Position numbers and translations under genes: made by a program. Shown here piece after piece: positions 1 through 10,808 of a DNA stretch of 64,000 nt. Positions within the stretch are counted from its first letter, which is position 1; every line of letters starts with the position of its first letter. Source of the DNA: Antechinus flavipes (Eukaryota); contig NC_067402.1 in the NCBI RefSeq assembly GCF_016432865.1, forward strand, positions 278,442,001 through 278,506,000, read 5' to 3'. The notes under the pieces are model-generated. The model searched no databases and was not told the origin of the DNA. It saw nothing but the letters and a program-made list of their open reading frames with translations.

Positions 1-960
1 GAAGGATGGAGAGAAGGGGAAATCCAAGTTATGTCACAGAGAGAAAAGGGACAGGACTTAGCAACTGAATGGATGGGAAGGGAGAGGAAGAAGACTATGA
101 GACTGAGAAGAGAATGTTACAGGACAGAGTCTGGGAGGATACCTCCATCTAGTGGGCAGAAAATGGATGATGTTCTATTGATGAAAACCAAAGGGCAAAG
201 ATACAGAGGAGAGAGTCTCCCAGGAGGGAGACAGAGGCAGGTAACAGTGTTAGGAACAAATGAGAGAAGGGGTGGAAAGCTCTTTGTCACTCCAGGAAGG
301 TAAGGGCTAATTGCCAAGATAAAGACAACTACAATATGGACTCTCTGAACAAAGCACAGGCCATATTTCTCTATTTTGACTTCACATCCATCTTCCGTGA
401 CATCCAGCTCCCTCTGCTGAAAGCACTTCCCAGCTGTCACTGCATGGGTTCCGTCTGGAAGGGCCTTTCAGGGCATCATTCATTGCCTTCAAGCTTCAGA
501 CTGGGAAATGTATCTGTGATGACTTAACAACGGTTTTCACATATTTACCTTTCCTGTGTGACCGTCCAAATCGATGAGTGTTTAAATCGGTTTAAATGGA
601 ACACCACCAAAGTTCTCCCTAGTACTTTATTTACAAAGTGACCTCCTTAGATCTGTGTAAAGGGGGAAGGAGACAGAGCTTTAATAATCCCGGTATGGGA
701 GTGATTCCCAAAGGACACGCTGGATAAAGCTGGGCTGCAACCTTGAGAACATTACCTTACAGCCATCAAGAACTAGCTTAAAACTGGGAAGTCAGGAAAA
801 TCACTAGAGAAGTTGCTAAAAGCTAGCCATCACTTCAGTGAAGTAGATTTTTTTATATTAACCCTTTCTAAGTAAACATGCACCAACATCTTGGTTTAAA
901 AATATGCATATAAGGAAGAGAAGCAAAGATGTTAACTTGTCATGGTAATATATTCCCTAT

Positions 961-1087
961 AGGGGCAGTTAGGTGGCGCAGTGGCTAGAGCACCAGCCCC
1001 TAAGGCAGGAAGACCTGAGTTCAAATCTGCCCTCAGACACTTAACACTTCCTAGCTGTGTGACCCTGGGCAAGTCACTTAACCCCTA
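961..1087 (+). mobile_element. tRNA-derived SINE (WSINE1/SINE1-like)
   Basis: GGGGCAGTTAGGTGGCGCAGTGG head, B-box-like GAGTTCAAATC, and ACTTCCTAGCTGTGTGACCCTGGGCAAGTCACTTAACC body. Confidence 0.9.
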
Positions 1088-1888
1088 CAGATATACATAT
1101 ACATTATATATATACACACATATATATATTCCCTGTACCTCTAAGGGAAATATAACAACGACCTTATGAATGAGTACAAGTAGGGGATGATCGCTCCTTC
1201 TCCCATTCTGCCACTTATTAGGTGCTTGGGCAACCCTTGGGTCCTCAGTTTCCTTATCTGACAAGGGAGGAACTAAGACCATAGCATCACTGAGGCCCTT
1301 TCTAGCCCTAATATCCTGTCAATGCAAGAAAGTAGAAACTGCCAGAATGGCATTCATTGGACAAAAAAGTATTTTGGGCATGGAGGGGCAGAACCCCTTT
1401 TTAATTAATTGCCTTTAAAGAGGAACATTTCAAGGCTCAATCTCCTTTCCAGATTTAAATCCTAACTGCCACAAACGAAAGTTATTGAGTGTTTTCAGCA
1501 CTACATAGGCCAAGTGCCTCAATTAACAGAAGGAATCAGACCATGGGGAGGAGAACTCCTCAGGAAATACTTGACCAGAAATGGAGGGACCATTCTTTCA
1601 GGAGAACCCGAGCTTAGGCTGAAGGAGGCCCCGTTTCCCCCCCCTCCCCGCCATATTCACTTTCCTTCTGCTTGAGGGGGGACAAGGTGGGCCGCAGCCC
1701 GGCCGCTGACGCCCCTTGGGCACTTGGGTCATGGGCTGAATCAGTTTCCCTGGGTTGTACAAGAGATACGGCCGCGCCCCTGCTGGCTGCCTCCGCATTC
1801 TGAGCGTGCAAGGGAAAAGTGCCCACGCTGATCAGCCTGGGAGGGCCCGGCCAGTGGGAGGAGGAGAGCCACCCCAGGAGCCCAGAAA

Positions 1889-1902
1889 GCGCCACCTACT
1901 GG
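1889..1902 (-). promoter_or_regulatory. CTCF core motif
   Basis: Minus strand reads CCAGTAGGTGGCGC, a full match to CCASYAGRKGGCRS, within a CpG-rich patch. Confidence 0.55.
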
Positions 1903-1992
1903 CCTCCTGCGCCAACCCTAACCTCTAGGCTGCGGGATCCCTGTACCAATGGGAGGAGCTGGGAAATGCCGCCTGCCTTAGCTTTAGGGAGT

Positions 1993-2390
1993 CTAGGCCC
2001 GGAGGGGGAGGTGCCTGGGCCCGGAGGGGGAGGTGCCTGGGCCCGGAGGGGGAGGTGCTTAAGCCCGGAGGGGGAGGTGCTTGGGCCCAGAGGGGGAGGT
2101 GCTTAAGCCCGGAGGGGGAGGTGCTTGGGCCCGGAGGGAGAGGTGCTTAAGCCGGAGGGGGAGGTGCTTGGGCCCGGAGGGGGAGGTGCTTGGGCCCGGA
2201 GGGGGAGGTGCTTGGGCCCAGATTGGGAGATGCTTGGGCCCGGAGGGGGAGGTGCTTAAGCCCGGAGGGGGAGGTGCTTGGGCTCGGAGGGGGAGGTGCT
2301 TGGGCCCAGAGGGGGAGGTGCTTAAGCCCGGAGGGGGAGGTGCTTGGGCCCGGAGGGGGAGGTGCCTGAGGCCGGAGGGGGAGGCGCCCG
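1993..2390 (+). repeat. GC-rich minisatellite, 22-bp unit (TTGGGCCCGGAGGGGGAGGTGC, with TTAAG and CTGGG variants), about 18 copies
   Basis: Read directly. The 22-aa periodicity of the overlapping ORFs equals three units. Confidence 0.97.
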
Positions 2391-2639
2391 GAGGCTGTAT
2401 CCTCAGAAAGCCTCTGTCCCATACTCTCTCTCCAGCAGGGAGCGCAGCGGAGAGAGCCTAGAACGTCCCGGATCTCAGTTTTCCTTATGACCGAGTTTTC
2501 CTATCTGAGGGCCAGGGTATGTGCTGAGCGCCTTCTGGGTGCTGAGGACCTCAAGGCCCCAACATGACAGCTGCTGAAGGAGCCCTAAAGTCTCACGAGC
2601 TTTCCCAGGCGGCTCCCTGGGTGCTCACGGCTGCTGGGG

Positions 2640-2900
2640 GGCGCCACGGGGCCCAGAGCGCTGGCCTGGAGTTCAGATCCAGCCTTACTAGCAGTGGGAC
2701 TCTGGCCAGTCACTTCTCCCTCTTTGCCTCAGTTTCCTCATCTGTGAATTGGGCTCTGTCTTTGCCAAGAAAACCCCAAAGCGCGGGAATGAATGCCATT
2801 CACCACAAGTACTTTGGGGGTGGATGGGCAGGGCCCCTTTTTAATTGCCTTTAAAGGCCCCAAATGGTCACGCAGAATCAGGCACGAGTGACAAACAGCC
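2640..2900 (+). mobile_element. CORE-SINE (Mar1-like, RTE-type tail) interrupted by a 77-bp insertion
   Basis: CORE GCCTCAGTTTCCTCATCTGT; tail TTTGCCAAGAAAACCCCAAA [insert] CCCCAAATGGTCACG. Confidence 0.75.
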
Positions 2901-4385
2901 CAAGGACAATGTGGCCCTCACAATGACCCCAGGGGTAAGTGCTCTTAGTATCCCCATTCTACACCTGAGGAAACTGAGGCAGGCAGCAGGTGAGTGACTC
3001 AGGGAACACGGCTGGCTAGGAACATTCAAAGCCAGACGCAGTCTCAGCCTCGGTCGGCTGGCTTAAAGATGGACAGTAACAAGATTCCACCAAGGCGGGT
3101 ATATGGGGTTAAAGAGGGGTGCCCTGAAGGCCTGGGGCTGCCTGTAACTGCACAAGTTGGAGGCCGGGGCTCCAGGAAGTGATGGGATCCGTGGAGGGCC
3201 CTGAGCAGCCCCACAAGCCTCCTGGCCCTGGATTCCCCAGGGGGTCAGTACCTCTCCAAGGGAGGCCAGCCCTGAGTCTCAGAGAACTGGACGGTCACAG
3301 GGAGACCACGGCTCCCTTCCCTCCCGTCCTCCCCCCCCCCCACTCCTTGAGAGTGTCTAAGGCTGACACTCTCAGCTCCACTGAAGATGAGGACTTTTCC
3401 CCAGAGCGTCAGAGACCCCAGCATGAACCTGGGCCCCATCTCTGCTCAGCACCCTAGTCCTGCCTCAGGCCCTCTCTAAGGCCGCTCTGAGGTCTAGATC
3501 CCACGACCCCATTTACAGTCAAATGCTTTGCCAAGAAATACTTTGAACACCAAAAGACAAAGCCAAACCATGACCCAATAAACCTACAGAAAAACCGTCA
3601 AATGACAAGGCATTTATTAAGCACCTACTGAACCCAGGCACGGTGCTGGGAGCCAAACTGAGGCAAGACCAGTCCCAAAGAACTCACTGTCCAAGGGGGG
3701 GGACAAGGGGCGAACAAGCTGGGGGCAGGGGATGATGGAAAAGGACAGAATTGTACTACAAAGTCTCCAAGATCCTCCAGAACCAATCCTGAGAGGAGAT
3801 TTGCTGAAGAACTTAAAAAAGGATTACAGATGAACACCTTGGTTTGTTACTAAACTAAACGACTCACCACCGTAAGTTAGTTCCTGCAGAGTTTGCAGTT
3901 TCCACCTAAGACTCGGAGAACAGCTGAGAAGAATGTGAGCTCAATTTGCAGCAAGATGTCATTTGGGGTCCCTGGCATGTGATTACTCCTGGTGACCTCT
4001 CTGAGCCTCTGTTTCCCCTTTTATAAAATAGGAGTCACAATACTAATACATTTTTTATTTTAAATGTTTTGTTTTCTGTTCAGTTCCAAATTATCTCCTT
4101 CCTGCCACCAATTTTCCCCACTTACTGAGAAGGCAAGAGACACCCCCAAAGACACCAAAGGAAAAGAAAAAGATCCCATTAGCACAAAATTATCTATAGG
4201 AACTCTCTTTGAGGTAGCAAAGCTTTGGAAACTTGGAGATGTCCATCACCTGGCACAGCATTTAATCAGGTTAATAAATCATTTTACTTAGAGCAACAAA
4301 AGCTAATTTTACAAGTAACTAGCATAGGAATGATATTATAATTATTATTGTCACACATCTTTATCCTATTTTTAAGACTACTTAC

Positions 4386-4532
4386 CAAGGCAGGCGTAAA
4401 GACCCTGACTTATCCAGGCTAATATGGCCAGAGTAATGAGGTCCCCAAAACTAGCAGCAATCGGAGTGGCCACATTGTCCGGGTTGATACCAGTCTTCTT
4501 CGAGCCAACGATGACGCCAACCATTATTATCC
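4386..4532 (-). CDS. SLC41A2: SLC41A2 coding exon 5 (147 nt, [49 protein letters not shown])
   Basis: Acceptor TTTCTTTTAG|GG, donor CTTG|GTAAGT, phase 1-1. Contains the MgtE-family [16 protein letters not shown] motif. Confidence 0.98.
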
Positions 4533-5589
4533 CTAAAAGAAATAAGATCAGTTTGTATCATTCATATCAAGACTCTTTTTTCCTATGATCCTAGAAAACC
4601 CCTCCGGTTCTTAGAGTTGTATGGGAAACTGAAATAGGCGCGTTCATCTCTGGAGCCAAACAACCAATCTGTCTCGATTAGATGACTTAAGCAAAAGGCA
4701 TAAAGAAAATGTTTTGGCAAAAATGCCTTCTAACGATTCTAAATGAAGGTCCCCGTTGAGATAAACATTTTCTTTCATCCATTATTTTCTAAGATGTTCA
4801 GTGATGAGTTATCTAGTAAGAGACTGTTACTTTGTAAATCTGGAGAAATAAATTAAATGCATGCAGATGCTGAAAAACAACATTCAGATGGAAAATTCAA
4901 ATTTGCTACAATATGTAACTTGGATTTAATTTATGCAAAGGCTTCATGGTCCAATATTCTTATTCCAAATCTCAAAAGAAAGCAGTCATTGGGAGCAACC
5001 AAGAAAAGTGGGTCATGTTTATGTGTGTGAGTAACTTGGGGGAAAAAACAGCAAGAAATCAATCTGGTTACACCAATCTAAATTTTGAAATATTCAGAAC
5101 GAGGAAGCAATGATGAATCCTAGATGGCAAAACAAATACAAAGAGCTTTGAAAACTTTTTATTTTTTTAAAGATACTCATCTACAGGAAAAAAAAATCAT
5201 CAATCAGAATTACAAAGGAATCCCCCATCATGGGAGAGTTCAAGAAAGGTTGAGACAGCAAGGATTCCTGTTCAGGTCCAGGTTGGACGAAGTGACCTTT
5301 TGGGACATCTACTTTGAGACACTAGGACTAGGCAAAAGTCACTAGGGGATGCTGGAACATTGGTTCCTGAGAATTGTGAGGTTAGATTCAATCTGGATCA
5401 AAAAGCAACTCTCTACAGATGGGGAACCTTTCATAAATGGTTGACTAATCAAATTTAATAGATACTGCAGGAATGTCAAGATATAACATATAACAGGGTT
5501 TAAGTTTCCCATGGGATCTAGATGGCAAATTCAATAGGGCCCTGACCTTGTTATTAGAAAGACTCAAATTCAAGGGGTCTCTTGATTGC

Positions 5590-6062
5590 TGGATTTGGAA
5601 ACAGGGAGGCACAAGTTCAAATCTTGCCACAGATTTACCCAAATAAAATGACTAGCGACTAGTAAGTCACAGGGTCTTGCAACCTCAGTTTATTCATCTG
5701 TAAAATGCCACATAGAACAGCACCTCCCTCATTGTTGTGAAGAATAAAGAAAACAAGGATTGTTTTGAGGATCAAATGAAGTAATACCAGATAAGTATCA
5801 AATATTGTAAAGTGTTCAGCATAGAACCTAACACATTTGTTGTTATCAGTCATGTCTTTATGACTCCGTTTGGGATTTCTTAGCAAAGATACTGGAGTGA
5901 TTGGCCACCTATTTCTCCAGCTCACTTTACATATGAGGAAACTGAGGCAGACAGGGTCACTCAATTCGTAAGAGTCTCAGGCAGGATTTGAACTCAGGAA
6001 GATGAGTCTTGTCCCCAGCCCCGTGGTCCATGCACTCTGGCATCGCCTGGCTGCCCCACTTG
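5590..6062. mobile_element. Adjacent CORE-SINEs: MIR (+, ~5590-5830) and Mar1-like (-, ~5838-6062)
   Basis: CTCAGTTTATTCATCTGTAAAATG core on the + strand; ATGAGGAAACTGAGGC and TTTGGGATTTCTTAGCAAAGATACTGGAG on the opposite strand. Confidence 0.8.
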
Positions 6063-7876
6063 GCACAAAGCAGGCAATAATGAATGCTCACTCCCTTCCC
6101 ACTTGTAAATCTGATACCAATCAAGTCCGAAATAAAATTCCTCATCTTCCCCTTCCCTACAAATATGTTCAGATCTCTCATATCCTAAAAAAAGTCCCTT
6201 ACCCTGATGTCTCCTCAAGCTGTTGTTCTTGTCTGTTGTTCAATGCTCTACTTCTAGAGATAGTGTAGCTGGCCACCTTCATTTCCTCGGTTTTCCTCAA
6301 GTGTTTCTTGCATCTATATCTAACCCATCCCTCTATTCACAGACAGCTTTCCCCAGGGCTGCCAAAGGCCTCAGCAATCAAAATCCAGAAGTTAACTCCA
6401 TCCTCCCTGTTGAAGGCCAGTCTTCAACACCTGCCCCCTCTCCCAGAGTCAGTCCTTTCTCCTAATCCCAGCCCACCTGCCCAACTGCACCTACTTCAGT
6501 TTCAAGGATCCTACTGCCATCTCTAAGTCTCTGTCTCACCATCTCCCTTGTTCTTTTTCTTTTTTCTCCTTTGCAGAGTTCTTCTGTTCCCACAGATTAC
6601 ATTATTAACTATATTCAAATCAATTCAATTCAATAAGTCCTGTGTGCCAGGTATATGGATGACTATGAAATCTACCCAAAGAGGCTCCATTCTCCCCTGA
6701 AATCTCTTTCTCCATGTTCACCTGGGATCTTCACACTTCCTCCTAAACAATCAGCCATCACCTCAAATTCAACAGATCCAGAACAATTCAACATGTTTCC
6801 CCTCCCCATCTTGCCCCTCTTCTCAACTTTCTTATTTCTGCTAATAGAACCTAGTTCCCACATGACCTCTACCCAAACCACTGGAACAATCCCGTAGCTG
6901 CTCTCCCTGCTCCCATCTCTTGCTTTTCTACTCCATCCTTGATATAGCCACCAAAACAAAGACATAGGCCAAAAGACCTTGTCACTCTCCACTTCATAAA
7001 ACTTTCCTTACTCCCCACTTAATGATGTTAACTTTGTAGAGTGGCTTTTAAGAGTTACTATGGCCTGGAAAAATATTTTCCATTTTTATTAAAGTTTAAA
7101 TTTATTAAATTTTTAAGTTTCCAGAAACTAACTTGTTTATTTATGTGTTCACTTGGCCCTAGAATCTTTTAGGTTGAAACTTACTGGTTATTCAAGAACA
7201 AAGAAATGGCAAATATTTTCAAATACTAAAAGTTATGGCTTCATGGTTTTTATTCAAAGATATTTCTCTCCTGGAGATTTTGCATGAATAAAGAAAAATG
7301 AAGAAAAATAACTCCATAGTTAGATTACTTTTAAGGTCCCTTTCAACTCAGATTCTATGATTCAAAGAAAAATTCTGTTTTAGTTGATTAATCATTAAAA
7401 ATCAGGGGCCTTGAAAATTCAGTAGCCAACAACATATTGTGAGAAGTGCAATGTCATTGCCAGAGAAATACTTCAAAGTTGTTGTAAAATCTGCAACGTT
7501 TTTTCTTCTCACCACAGAAACTGTCCTTGAAACTGTGTAGAATTCCTGGAATCCTTGTTGTAATTTAAATACACTTTGCCAGGAAAACTTCTGGACATTT
7601 TCCATCAAAGCTTTCTCAATTAATTTAACTGAAACACCCTATCGGGAAATTCGATGTTTAGAGCATTTTCTTGAATCTTTTTCAGAACTGTCATTTATAC
7701 CATGAGGAGGTCCAAACTATTCCAGACTACTTCCAGCCAGCTCTCAAAATCTTAAAGGCTAAAAAATGGACTTTTCACACATGAAAAACAAATATGATTT
7801 CAATCCTAAGTGAAACAGACATGAATTACTGATCATCGTTTGAAAGACCATAGGTGTTTACAAAGCAGTTTCTCAC

Positions 7877-8021
7877 CCTGCAAGAGAGATGCAATGAAGG
7901 CAGTGGCCACACTGCTGGCACACAGTAGGATGGAATGATCGAGGCGGTATCTCCCTTCTGGAATCCAGCCCAGGATGATCGCTGCCACGGCGGCGAGAAA
8001 ACCAACCACTGTGGCCTGAAC
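7877..8021 (-). CDS. SLC41A2: SLC41A2 coding exon 4 (145 nt, [49 protein letters not shown])
   Basis: Acceptor CCCCCTCCTCAG|GTT, donor CAGG|GTGAGA, phase 0-1. Transmembrane peptide inside ORF 7833..8168. Confidence 0.98.
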
Positions 8022-8795
8022 CTGAGGAGGGGGAACAAGATTCCATTCAGCTGAGATGCTCTGTGAAGTGCCCACATTCATAAGTATTTTTGTGAAAGTC
8101 ATAAATCTCTCACACAGGAAATGAAGAAAAATTATTGTACACATGACTCCAGCTACATAATCTTTCAAAGAAACTGCTAAACTTTAGTTTAATATCCTTT
8201 AATAGTTTTTAAAATCCCCCCCAATTCAAAAATATAGATGTAAGAGTGTTTGAACTTAAAAAGAGAAGATCCAGATTCAAGCCCTGCCTGACATACACTC
8301 ACTGTGTGATAGTCAGCATGCCTTAACCTCTCTGAGCATCAATTTACTCATCTGTAAAATGGGTTTAATAAGCCTTGGGTTATCTAGCTCAAGACTGACT
8401 TAATTATAAAATATAATAACGGAGTTATAAAATTTTGTAACCACAAAGAACAACGGCTATTCTTGACCAGTAATTACGGGAAATCTATGATAAGAATGGG
8501 AGAGAAGACAGTTTTATAGGGAGAAAAAGGTCAAAGAGATGGATAGTTCCCACGCTGCCTTGAAACCTGCCAAACTGGCAAAGATCTAAAGGAAATCCCA
8601 GGAATACTGAGTGGATTTTCAGTGAAGGAAGTGGGGAAGAACATGAACAAAATCAACAGATAAATTGTGGAAGAGCTGAGAGCTAACACTACAGGAGAAT
8701 GGAGAATGTTCATTTGGGTGAGATCAAGAAGCAGTAGCACTGCTCATTCTCTGCTTCCTAGAGTCCTAAGTCACCTTCTATGCTTCCCTCAGAAG

Positions 8796-8797
<2 letters not shown>

Positions 8798-8865
<68 letters not shown>

Positions 8866-9112
8866 CATCTGTCTGTCTCTGTCTCTTTCTATCTCTTTGT
8901 CTGTCTCTCTCTGGATCTCTCTGTCTTTCTCTTTGGATCCTTTTGTTTCCTCTGTTTCTCTCTGGATTGCTCTCTCTTCTCTCTCTCTCTGGATCTCTGT
9001 CTCTCTCTCTCTGTCTTTGTCTCTCTATCTCTATCTCTCTCTGGATCTGTATGTGTGTGTCTGTGTCTGTCTGTCTGTTTCTCTTTCTGGAGCTCTGTCT
9101 CTCTCTGGATCT

Positions 9113-9165
<53 letters not shown>

Positions 9166-9505
9166 TTTCTATCTCTTTGTCTCTATCTCTTTCTATCTCT
9201 GTCTCTCTCTTTGTCTAGCTGTCTCAGGATCTCTCTGTCTTTCTCTTTGGATCCTTTTGTTTCTCTCTCTTTAGTTCCCTCTCTCTCTCGCTCTCTGGAT
9301 CGCTCTCTCTGGATCTGTCTCTCTCTCTCTCTCTCCTTCTCTCTGTCTTTGTCTCTTTATCTCTGTCTCTCTTTGGATCTCTTTCTGTGTGTGTGTGTCT
9401 GTCTGCCTCTCTCTTTGGAGCTCTGTCTCTCTCTGGATTTCTCTGTGTCTCTATCTCTTTCTGTCTCTCTCTCTCTATTTCTGATTCTGTCTGTCTTATT
9501 TCTGA

Positions 9506-9552
<47 letters not shown>

Positions 9553-9630
9553 AATCCCTCATATTCTGCTCTCCCTCTTTCCCTCTCCTCCCCCCTCTTT
9601 CCCCCTCTCCTACCTTCCCCTCTCTCTTTA
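8798..9630 (+). repeat. Complex (TC)n / TCTG / GGATC low-complexity block, about 830 bp
   Basis: Read directly: pure (CT)n runs at 8798-8860, 9116-9150 and 9507-9546 separated by degenerate units. Confidence 0.97.
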
Positions 9631-10104
9631 GAGGGAGAGAGTGATAGACTATATCTAGATCGATCTGTATCTACATCTATATAAATATAGATATAAACAC
9701 ATAAAAAGACAGTGAGTCCAAGTGCTGCATTGGTGTTCATAAAATATTAGAACTACCCATGAAAATATATCACACAAAATGAGAATGGTGAATAAGGCTG
9801 TAATCCAAACCAGAGAAGAAAATACCCACACTGATCACCAAGGACATGACAGATCCACTGAAGGAATCTATCCACAAAATTCATTAATCCTAACCGGCAA
9901 GAGAAAATAGATCAGTTAACCTAAATAGGTTAATGCTCAGAGATTATGAGGGTCCACTTAATGAATCTTTGTCAACATATTAAATTGTGTTTCAATATAT
10001 TGAAATAATGTAAAAGTTAAAGAATTTTATTTGCATTAGTAATATCAGGTCCTACAATTGCAGGTCTTAATGAATGAAATACTATATGTAAATTACCTAC
10101 TTAC

Positions 10105-10176
10105 CTGTTTTAGTGCCAAGTTGCCTATGATTAGGTTCCACTTTTCAATGGGGGAATCCATCTTCCCAATATTTAC
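10105..10176 (-). CDS. SLC41A2: SLC41A2 coding exon 3 (72 nt, VNIGKMDSPIEKWNLIIGNLALKQ)
   Basis: Acceptor TTTTTAATAG|GTA, donor CAG|GTAAGT, phase 0-0. Peptide matches recalled SLC41A2. Confidence 0.98.
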
Positions 10177-10762
10177 CTATTAAAAATTATATTTTCATGC
10201 ATGAGTCTGTATTTCACACATAAGTCTGTAAAAATATGAATGAACTTAGCAATTAAAACTCCATATGAAGTTTTTAAATCTAAAACAATTATATAGGAAA
10301 AAGTTAAGTGTGTCTACCATCTCTCTGCCAACAGATGGGAAGCCTGATTCATCATCAGTTTTGTGGTGACTGATCATCAATCTTCTAGAATCACGATTAT
10401 TCACTGTACTAATCAGATCTGTAGAGTCTCTTTAATTATTTTTTGGGGGCAATACTGCAGTCATTATATAAAGTGTTCTCTTGGTTCTCCTAACTTTGTT
10501 ATGTACCAGTCATATAGATCTTTCTAATTTCTCTGACATTATTTCTTTCATTATTTCTATTGCACAATAATATACCATTGCATTCATATAACATTTCATT
10601 TAGTCATTTCCCAAATAAGGGGTACCCACTTGGTTTCCACTTCTTTGCTACTGTAAGAGCATGTATGTGTATGTGTGCATATGTGTGTGAATTTGTGTAT
10701 TTACTTAAGGCTCTTTGATCTTTCCAGGATACATGCTTAATAGTAGGATCACTGAGTTAAAG

Positions 10763-10807
<45 letters not shown>

Positions 10808-10808
10808 G
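10763..10808. repeat. (TA)n microsatellite
   Basis: Read directly. Confidence 0.95.

Noticed and set aside
142-155. CTCF-like CCACTAGATGGAGG on the minus strand
   Set aside because: Lacks the core GGC and lies in repeat-derived sequence.
961-1087. A/B-box-containing heads of SINEs as tRNA genes (also other copies)
   Set aside because: No cloverleaf; they continue into SINE bodies and tails.
1993-2390. Similarity of the unit to the Chi-like minisatellite core or the human PRDM9 13-mer
   Set aside because: Only partial matches (GGAGGTG; the 13-mer fails at two specified positions), expected in any G-rich repeat.
1819-2461. Gly/Pro-rich repetitive ORFs across the minisatellite
   Set aside because: Open frames result from a stop-poor 22-bp GC-rich unit; no splice or homology support.
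7402-7608. 68-aa minus-strand ORF (MMENVQKFSWQSVF...) as an extra exon or transposase
   Set aside because: No recognisable motif, and the SLC41A2 exon chain is complete and in phase without it. A profile search would be needed to revisit it.
8667-9740. Long Ser/Leu-rich and Arg/Glu-rich ORFs (up to 209 aa)
   Set aside because: Artefacts of stop-free (TC)n low-complexity sequence.
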